Source: the human T2T-CHM13v2.0 reference genome, Homo sapiens. Taken from it: a stretch of DNA of 64,000 bases. The notes below the pieces were generated by a model, which saw nothing but the letters and a program-made list of their open reading frames with translations, did not search any database and was not told the origin of the DNA. The position numbers and the translations under genes were made by a program. The DNA is taken from NCBI RefSeq assembly GCF_009914755.1, contig NC_060928.1, one strand, 5' to 3'. This document shows positions 54,670 through 64,000 of this stretch, in pieces; within the stretch, counting starts at the first letter, position 1; every line of letters starts with the position of its first letter.

Positions 54670-55138
54670 TGTGGTAGGCTGAATAATGGCCCCCAAAGTT
54701 GTCCACATCTTAATGCCTGGAATCTATTAATATGTTATCTTACAAGGCAAAAGAGAGTTAACAGATTGATTTGAATTTAGGGTCTTAAAATATAAAGAGT
54801 AGCTCAGATTGTCCAGGTGAGCCTAATGTAATCACAAGGGTTGTTATAGGAAAGAGCAGAAAAGCTGGGGTTGGAAGAGAGGGAGAGAGAATGATTTGAA
54901 GATGTTAAGATGCAAGATTTGAAGATGGAGGAAGAGTCCACTGCCAAGGAATGCAGGCAGCCTCTAGAAGCTGGGAAAGGCAAGGAAATTGATTCTTCTC
55001 TGCAGCCTCCAGAAGAATGCAGCCCTACTAACCCATTTTGATTTTCTAGTCTCCGGAATAGCACAATAATAAATTAGGGTTGTTTTAAGTTACTAAGTTT
55101 GTGGTAATTTGTTACAGCAGCAATTGGAAACAAATACA
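54670..55138 (+). mobile_element. MLT1D-like LTR
   Basis: TGTGGTAGGCTGAATAATGGCCCCCAAAG start; GCCAAGGAATGCAGGCAGCCTCTAGAAGCTGG; AATACA end; perfect TSD TAGGC on both sides. Confidence 0.9.
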
Positions 55139-55983
55139 TAGGCCTAATTGGATAAGGTGAAAGCACACACATACACACATGTACACACACACAATCAAAC
55201 AGGTAATTTTTTTTAACAGGAAAGAAAAACTGAGTGTCATCTACCTACAACTACTGATTTGCTTTGTGGGGTTTATATGCTTGGTGGAGAGGGGGAACAA
55301 ACAAAATGAGTAGGTTAATAGGTTGGCCAAAATAAATGGATCCCCAGGAAAACTGCATTCTCTATTCAAAAGACCATTGACAATCATTCTTGGATTATCA
55401 TACCTACAAATTACTGACCCTGCTAAAGCACCACGAGCTGCAGATATGAAAATTTTTGTGCAGTTTCCCTGAGACATGAAAATTATTTGAAGGGTTCATC
55501 CAGATAAAATGATTCAAAGTGGCTATATTACACATTCACTTGCTCACGTGTTCACTGTCTACGCCCACACTCCACACAGGAGACAGCACAGTGGCAGTGT
55601 CTCCAGGAACATGAGGCTGACCCTAGAGACCAACAATAAGGAAGCCTTGTATTCCTCACTCCTACAGAGGTGTGAGCGTTTCATCTTATTTGAACACTAG
55701 CTCTCTGTTAACACTTTGTTGTTGCTGACTCATCAGGCACTGCCTTCCATGTTTGCTCATCTGTGTCATTTGCAGTTTTGAATCCAGTAGTATCTTAGTC
55801 TTTGCTCATTTACTCTCTCACACTGCAGTCTCATAGCTACTGAATCATTGTCCCTGAAAGTCCTGCTTCCCTCTACTTCCATGCCAGGTTCTGTAGCTCT
55901 GCATGTCTTTCTGGAGCAAGTTTTCTGGTTGTCCCTGTAAGAGCAGTTCTCCGTTCTGAAGCTGCATACTCAGTGATCTGTGC

Positions 55984-56200
55984 CAGGAGTTGGCAGTTAC
56001 AGCCCAAGGCCAAATCCAGCCCACTACCTGTTTTTGTAAAGTTTTATTGGAACACAGCCATCCTCTCTTGTTTACAAGTTGTCTATGGCTGCTTTCAAAC
56101 CACAACTTCAGAGCTGAGTAGTTGTGATAGAGGTCTTATGGCCTGCAAAATCTGAAATATTTACTATGTGAAATATTAAGAAAAACATTGGTGGCTTTTG
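55984..56200 (+). mobile_element. MER58A hAT-Charlie MITE
   Basis: GGCCAAATCCAGCCCACTACCTGTTTTTGTAAAGTTTTATTGGAACACAGCCA..GGCCTGCAAAATCTGAAATATTTACTAT. Confidence 0.85.
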
Positions 56201-56274
56201 CTCTATGATTTTATGGCTATCAAAAGAGGGTTTTGACCTTTATTCCATTGGAAGAGACACTTCCTTTCTGTTTA

Positions 56275-56691
<417 letters not shown>

Positions 56692-57315
56692 TTATTGTTT
56701 ATTCACATAATGTACAACAGCATACAGATTATTAAAAAGTGCTGTGCAAAAAGAAGATATTGTCTTACCAGAGAAAAGGAGCATTGCAGGTTTTGTGATT
56801 ACCCATGAATATGTATTTTAAAAATCGGTTTTATTTTTATGATAGGAAAAAGGTTTTGTTGATTTGCAGAACTTCTGATCAAATACTTTCAGAACCTGGG
56901 TTCCAACTGTTTCCTCCACAATAGCTATTCTTGATAACGTCAATGAGAATTCTATACACAAAGCTGCTTTTCTGTAGCAAGTACCTGTGCATATGTTTTC
57001 ATAATAATCGGAGCATTTTTGTAATAATTTTTAAACTTATACACAATGACATTGAATCAGTAAGACAAAGTCCTAAATCTTCTCTCTTCTCTAAGAAAAC
57101 TCCCCGTATTTCAAATGCTGAAAATAGGGATTTTGTTTACTCCAGCCAGCATTATTTATAGATTGCCCAAAATTTGCATTTTTGAATGGGAATTTATAGA
57201 CCTCCCATTATTTTAGCATTTAAAAAATTATCTAATAAATTCTATAGCATAAAGAACTGTTTGAGCATCAAATCCAGATTCTCATAATGGAAATTATCTG
57301 AGCATGTTTCTCTGC

Positions 57316-57334
57316 CTGGCAGAAGGTGGCACTA
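57316..57334 (+). promoter_or_regulatory. CTCF-like motif in unique sequence
   Basis: CTGGCAGAAGGTGGCACTA compared with TGGCCACCAGGGGGCGCTA; the right half AGGTGGCACTA fits well. Motif only. Confidence 0.45.
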
Positions 57335-57519
57335 GAGTTATGCTTGCAAAACCAGTGCGAAATGTCTGCAGAGGCAGTACTTAATTGGCCAGACTTCAAA
57401 CAGCGGGCTAGCATGGAAATCAGCATATATACTGTTAGTAGTCTTTGAATCAGAATCAAGGCCATATTAACCAAACTTCTCAGAATCCTCCTCCAAATCC
57501 TTCAAACAAGTGTCACTAA

Positions 57520-57780
57520 ATAATCATTCTACAGATATTTATTGAGTCCCTAATACTGCATAAAATACCCTCTCTATGTATTAGTAATACCCAGTAAACA
57601 ATACAGATATTGAAAGTTATCTGTTAGTGAAAGAGACAGATATAAACGGGCCATAGGCAATTATCTATTTACTGACAATTGTCCTGAGTATCAAAGCAGA
57701 GACACAGGTTGCTATGACAGGGTATTAAAAGAGAACTTGACGCAGTTGTGGCAGCAGGGAGAGAAGTCTTCCTTGAGTCC
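57520..57780 (-). mobile_element. L2 3' remnant
   Basis: TCATTCTACAGATATTTATTGAGTCCCTAATA..GAAAGAGACAGATA..AGAAGTCTTCCTTGAG. Confidence 0.55.
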
Positions 57781-57974
57781 TTCTTCCTGAAAGTGCTTAT
57801 TCTTCATTTCTCATATGTCATACTTTCTAGGCCCTATTTCTGTTTCCATGCTTAAATACCACTCCATAATTAATTGCAATATTACACTTCTGTTCCATAT
57901 TCCATTAACTCATCTAGCACTATGTAATTTCCCTTGGCTTTGCAGTACTAGTTTCTTCCGAGTATTCAATAGAG

Positions 57975-58698
57975 CAGTAGTTCTCACCTGGAGCAAGACC
58001 ACCCTAGTGGCAATTTAGAAATTTGTGGAGGTCATTTTATGGATTTCACAATGATTTGGAAGGTGTTCCTGGCATTAATGGGTGAGGGCCAAGAATCCCG
58101 GGCATCTGACCAGGTGTGGAACCATCCTGCCCTGGGAAACTGACTCTCTCCATCCCTCATGTCTTTCCAATGTCCCATTGGTCATTCATCTACATGAACA
58201 GCCTCCTTATACTTATCTCATGTTTTACATGTAAACACAAAGCCTTTTGCATGATTTTCATGCAAACTGAATTTTACAGAAATTAAACAATAGCATAAAT
58301 TGAAGTAAAACTATACTTTATTTAGTTTGAAACTTTCCCAAAAATTGTTAACCATTTTAGAAAGTTCTTTCACCTGTATTTGAGTCCTGATACTACACGC
58401 CTACCCCATTCTGCTTTTCCAGCTGACACATTTATGAAGATTCTGCAGATGAGCATAAGCATCTGACCACTTCATGATGACTTCTAGTATCATCAAGTCA
58501 AAGTATTTACTTATTGAAAACCATATTACTTCATAAAAAATACCTGCCTTGAGTTTCTCCTTTATATTAAAGTCAGGGATTTTTTTTTTAATTGGGGGGT
58601 ATTATGTTTTCTGTGAATTTCATGTCAGAGTAGTAAAGAAGATATTATGTGATACTTTTCTTAAAAAAGACATTGGTTCTGATGGGGAGAATCACAGT
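57975..58698 (+). mobile_element. MER20B-like hAT-Charlie element
   Basis: MER20-type left end CAGTAGTTCTCACCTGG..TCACAATGA..CCTGGCATTAATGGGTGAGGGCCAAGAAT; ~720 bp to a GAGAATCACAG terminal repeat. Confidence 0.6.
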
Positions 58699-58854
58699 AG
58701 TAGTGCCTACTAGTCAAGGAAGCCTGCAAAAAGCCACTTCTGGCTTAAAAACCTGCCCCCACATGTTGTCTGTGTGACCATGGGCAAGTTCTTAAACTCA
58801 TTCCACTGTCTTCATTTATATAATGAGACACCATTAGGACCTATCTCAAGGAAA

Positions 58855-59725
58855 CGTTAAGGAAACAGGAGGATATGAGAGCTAGGGTGACACCATTTTA
58901 AAATAACTTCATCCTTGCCAGTCACAACCCATGGTCATAACATGTTTAGAGTTGAGGAAATGGCATAAAGATACCTGCAAGTACATACTCCCACAATAAT
59001 GGATAGTCAGGGTGTCCTGATACCTATAACAATACATGCTTTCAAGATAATTATAGTTATGCTTTGATGTGCTTACACACTAAAATGCCAAGGATATTGT
59101 ATTAGTCCATTCTCATGCTGCTATGAAGAAACACCCAAGACTGGGTTATTTATAAAGAAAAGAGGTTTAATTGATTCACAGTTTCTCATGGCTGGGGAGG
59201 CCTCAGGAAACTTACAATCATGGCAGAAAGCACCTCTTCACAGGGCAGCAGGAGAGAGAATGAGTGCCGAGTCCCTTATAAAACCATCAGATCTCAGGAG
59301 AACTCACTCACTAGCAAGAGAACAGCATGGGACACTGCCCCCATGATTCAATTATCTCCACCTGGTCCCACCCTTGACATGTGAGAATTATTACAATTCA
59401 AGGTGAGATTTGGGTGGGGACACAGAGCCAAACCACATCAGATAGTTTTCTTTAAATCAGCAAAACAATAAATTTCATCATGCAGTCAGCCCACCCACAC
59501 GTATACATAGCAGAGCTTTTATATAGATAATACCCCTATATAAGAAAACCTTAAAGATGAGGCATTCCTCCTCTCGCTTTTTGAAGAATGCCCTATGCTG
59601 TATCTGAGTAGCTTTCAATAAACCATCCCTTCTCACTGCACTCTGTGACTCACCTTAAATTCCTTTCTGCGCGAGATCTAAGAACTTCTCTTCAGGTCTG
59701 AATCAGGACTCCTTTTCCAGCAACA
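58855..59725 (+). mobile_element. MER41-family (ERV1) solo LTR, interrupted by THE1
   Basis: GAGAGCTAGGGTGACACCATTTTAAAAT 5' part; TATATAAG TATA box; AATAAA at ~59617; AATTCCTTTCTGCGCGAGATCTAAGAAC..CCTTTTCCAGCAACA 3' end; 4-bp TSD GAAA/GAAC. Confidence 0.75.
59098..59440 (-). mobile_element. THE1C/THE1D MaLR solo LTR
   Basis: TGTATTAGTCCATTCTCATGCTGCT..AAAGAGGTTTAATTGA..GAGATTTGGGTGGGGACACAGAGCCAAACCACATCA; TSD GATAT/GATAG. Confidence 0.92.
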
Positions 59726-60319
59726 GAACCACTGTCATTTCTGCAATGATTAACTGAGATAATATTCAGGAAATGTGAGGCACAATACCAAGAACATCAT
59801 AAAAACTCATTAAATGTAATTTTATTATTTTTTCAGTTAAAGTGGCAACTGATCATGGTTTAGCGATGATTTTCCTAGTTAGGTGAAGTCTACTTTGCAG
59901 TATCTATCTTTTGAATGTTAAATTCACATAATATGATTGAGAGTATGTATGGTATGTGCACTTTAAAAAACAGTTTTTGATTGCTGTTGTTTTAGTGTTT
60001 TATCCTTCAGTATAAAAGCCATCTTGCTTCTACTCTCTGAATCCAGCTATATCCTGCTCCATCATCTAAATTTACATTCTTGCTGCATCAACCTACAATC
60101 AGAGAGAATAAGAAAATGTATTTAGTGACCTGAACTGATAAGTGAAAGTGAAGACCTTGCCTTGGATGGGTAAATATTCTTAGCCCCACTTCCTCTGTAA
60201 CCACCAGACCACATCGATCAGAACCAGGTAGGTTGTTATCCAAATGAAATAGTTTCCTAAATTGGGTTGAGAAAAAGATTTATATTATCTCTGAATAAAC
60301 TATTAAGCATTTTATGATT

Positions 60320-61060
60320 CTGAATAATTCATCTATTCAACAAATATTTATTTGGCTCATACTTTGAACAAAGAGATGTGTTGGGAGCTGGAGTGAATAA
60401 TGAACTTCAACAAATATGCATTGTCATGATAGGCTCTGGGCCAGGTGCTTGTGGTACAGAGGAATAAGATATGGGCAGTACCTCAAAAATCTGAATCTAT
60501 ATTAAATAAACCAGCAGAATTTGAAATGTAAACTCTCTTATTACATCTCAAGGAAAGTTTGTAAGATGAGATGTAAATTAATTATTGAATACCCACCATG
60601 TCTAGAGTACTACAGTACACTACACTGTCATATAAACCAACATTCATTTTCCTTTCATCCTTATACCCAGCCTGTAAGATAGGCATTATATTCATTTTTT
60701 TGTTCATGAGGAAATCAACTTAGTAAGATTATGTAAGTTTTTCAAACTAGGAATAACAACAGCTAGCTTTTATTGATACAAATACTGTGCATTACATTTT
60801 TTTTAGTCTTCATAAAAATCCTAGATGGTATTATTATTGCTCATATTCTATAATGTGGAAACAGAGGGTGAGGGAGGCTAAGTGAATGTTGCAATTTCAC
60901 ACAACTAGCTCTGGAACCAACATAGAGCCCCAGCCATCTGTCAACAAGAGTTGGGACCCCCAACCACTGCATGACAACTCTTTATAGTCCTGGCAGATTG
61001 AGTAGGAGAGTCAGAATGAGAACCCCAGCCTGACTGCAGACTTCCAAGCTCTTCCTTCTA
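60320..61060 (-). mobile_element. Cluster of L2 and MIR remnants
   Basis: TTCATCTATTCAACAAATATTTATT (L2 end); CAGCCTGTAAGATAGGCATTAT..ATGAGGAAATCAA and ATGTGGAAACAGAGG..CACACAACTAG (MIR). Confidence 0.55.
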
Positions 61061-64000
61061 GACTCTGCTTCCTCTAGCACTGGTCCATGACGAGTGACCA
61101 TGGATGAGCTGTAGACTTTTTGAACCCTAATGAGATGAAACTGAAAAACAATTGCATGGATAGACTATTTTCAGGCAGGCCAATGTACCTACAACCAGAA
61201 AGCTAGATAAAATACAACACTCACATTTTTTTAAAGCATCCAAGATTTGCAGAAGTAAAGGGGAATTAATTAAAGGATTAAAATTCTAGAGAGAAGAGAG
61301 CCTCTCAGAGGTAAGCTGAAGGTCTGAGCCTCTTTTTCCAGGCTTTTTACCAATCCCAGATGGATAGGGCTGGAGACGGAAATGGAATTAAACTATGCTG
61401 TGGGGCAGAGAAAATGGCAAACAATTGGCAGTTGCTCCAGGGTTGGAACAATAAGACCAGAAACTTTAGGGGCCTCAAACACGTGGCCAGTTTACCATCC
61501 AAGACTTCACTAATCCTGAAGTTGCATGAAGCAAGAACTTAAAAACCGAAGTCTAAAGTCTCTGATCAGCAGAGCTGACATTCTTATTGTCTCTCTCGGA
61601 GTAGAGGAAACAAAAACTTACCATGCTTTGAATTAAAGCCCAGGTGGGCCATGTCCTAGGAAAAGGGACAATCAGAAGCAGACTGAGTCTCATTAGAATG
61701 TAACCCAGCCTCCGCAGACCTAAATTTGGAGAAGTAAACTAAATAGGACTTCCTAACAATTTTAAGCTAAAAATTGTAGCCCATATTTGTATAAATTTAG
61801 ACTCAAAGTATGAACTATCTAAAAAAAATAGTATTTTTTTCTCTTTGCTGAACCTACTGCTTCAAGTTATAGATCCTCAAAATGAAACATAAACAATCAG
61901 AAATGAGCAATAAACTTTCATAACAGCTGATTTTTTTACAGCATTCTTCCAAATGCCAAAACTTAATGCAGGGCAGTTAGTTCTTTCTGCAGAGCTAGGT
62001 GTTTGCTCATTTTCAGACTTCTGGAAGTGGCATTTCCGACATCATTTAATGGTTTACTGAAAATATTTACTTGGAGTATGAGTTTCATCAGACACCTCTT
62101 TGTGGTCTTACTCCTTCATTTGTTCTTAAAAATGTGTCAATGTCTTAATAATAGAATTTAAGTGAAAACTTAAACATTATAGCCAACAGAGGTTCTTAAC
62201 TGATTGTAAAGTTGTATTGAAGTCAGGGGTGTTTCTTCCTAATTTGGAGTCAGCCAAGTTCAGACTCCAGACGCAGGGAAAATGCAGAACAGGACTATCA
62301 GTCTTCTTTGTTCAAAACAGATGACTCTGTAAGTATTTGCCTAGTTAAAAATAACAGCATTCCTTCCCCAAGTCATCAGCTGGACAGTCTAGCCTGCTCA
62401 TATTTTTTTAACCCAGTCAGGGGAATACAGGTCAAAAGGCTATGTACTCTGAATTAAATTTTTTTCACAATAGGTTACACCAAAAAATTTGTCTACCTTT
62501 GATATTTTTCTTTAATGATTTTCCTTACTTCTCATTGTGGAAAACGTAACAAATTTACCTTAAATGGTTACAAAATACATCACTTTTACAAATTTTTCTT
62601 ATTGTTAACAGAAAAGCTAACTAGTTTTCACCAAATTGTTATTCAGCTTTCTTTATGATAGTTTCTACTGATTTCAATAACAACAATCTTGTTTAACGAA
62701 TTCAATCTTTTCACGGCTGTTTGCAAAAACTGTTAATTAACAATTAGTGTGTTGTTTCATTTACATAATACCCATTGTAAAATGGGCATGTCCTTTTATT
62801 TGATTCAGATAGAAACTTATCACATTATCACTTTTTTTCATTCTCTCCTGCCTACTCTTTATCCCATCTCAAGAATTTCATTTGAGTAAATAAATATATT
62901 TGGCATTTTAGGATAATGTATCAGTGGAATATCCCAGACTCCTACCTCTGTCCCATTAATCCATGCTCCCCTATAAGCACCAAAAACAAAAGAGAGAGAA
63001 ACCAAAAAAGTTACATGAATTTGTAAAATAAATGTCAAAGCTCTTTCTTTTAAAATTCAGATATAATTTATTACTATTATAAAAGAGTGATAGTGAAAGA
63101 GTAGTTGGTAGCATGTTTTTGGCTATTAAAGCATTGTAAGTATGGAGGAGATATTTATATTGTAGCTGAGAAGTTTTCAGAGTCATCAAGAAGCCTGCAT
63201 GTGGTGTTTTATATTTTAATAATTCATTAGATATTCTGATTTAATCAGATGTTAAGCTTACCCAACAGTACTTTACAGAGCTCTGGAAAAAAAAATACGT
63301 TGCTACACAATCCACAGCCCTATGGGGTTCCTATTACTTTCCATCTTAATGCCCAGGAGCTGCGATTCAAAAAGCAGCACTGGATGATATATGTCAATGT
63401 GGTTCCTGATCCCACAGATAAAGATTATGTGGTTGGTGCTGCATGTAAATAATCAGCACTGTTGATTGTGATCTTGACAATTTTGCACAGTTTGGGTCCT
63501 GGCTACCTGAGATCATCTTTCTCCCCCGGGTGCTTCACAATAGCCACAAAGGGCAATGGAAGGCTATAAACTTGGTCAAAGACACATGGAGCCACAGGGT
63601 GCTTTGAGGGTCACTGAAGGGCAAGTATGCTTTGTGCACCATTTGTACCCCCTCCTCTGTGATCACTGGTGGTGAACTGGGGCAAACTTCCTCTAATGAT
63701 TCCCCAAAGGAGGATTTTTTTTCCATCAAGTTCATGCCCTTGACCTTCAGATCAGGCAATGAAATCAGAAATGTTCAATAGCAGCAAGGCTAGGAACATT
63801 TATGCTGCTCTAAATAGCCACAACATAGCATCTATCGTATGATTTCTGAGCTAATATTGCTAATATAGAATTTTTAAATTAACTTATTCACTCAATAAAT
63901 TTTTAATTAGGACATAGAGGTGAGATGACCCTCCATCCAAGCAAGAACACAAGTCAGGCTTTCAACTTTCAATAGAAGGTTAAACTGGCCTAGTGCATTC

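Larger units (their letters stand above)
58700..59830 (+). mobile_element. MIR split by the MER41/THE1 insertion
   Basis: TGTGTGACCATGGGCAAGTTCTTAAACTC..ACCTATCTCAAGG before 58855; ATGATTAACTGAGATAATATT..AAAACTCATTAAATGTAATTTTATT after 59725. Confidence 0.6.

Noticed and set aside
57996-58014. Reverse-strand CTCF-like TTGCCACTAGGGTGGTC in MER20B
   Set aside because: Mismatches at two highly constrained core positions.
63249-63759. Coding exon near the window end (ORFs 63249+ and 63535-)
   Set aside because: The frames I translated gave no recognisable protein, and splice signals are weak.

Overview
AT-rich, CpG-depleted primate (very likely human) nuclear DNA, intergenic or deep-intronic. 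I see no recognisable cellular protein-coding exon, CpG island, tRNA/rRNA gene or CRISPR array. Most of the window is a layered record of transposable elements: about 13 Alu copies (J, S and one Y), two primate L1PA 3' fragments with target-site duplications (TSDs), many old L1M/L2/MIR pieces, MaLR/ERV solo LTRs (MER21, MLT1, MLT2, MST, THE1, MER41) and hAT MITEs (MER5A, MER58, MER81, MER20B). The best-supported notable element is a full-length but dead Hsmar2 mariner transposon (34153-35466, minus strand). Nearly all ORFs in the supplied track are repeat-derived or chance. The most interesting hypotheses are: a multi-exon minus-strand non-coding transcript built from consensus-like splice sites in the unique stretches; a set of co-oriented CTCF-like motifs; deep TE-in-TE nesting; and several small template-switch or expansion scars. 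Repeat subfamilies were called from memory of consensus sequences, not by running RepeatMasker, and boundaries of old elements are approximate. I found no firm evidence of a new biological system.
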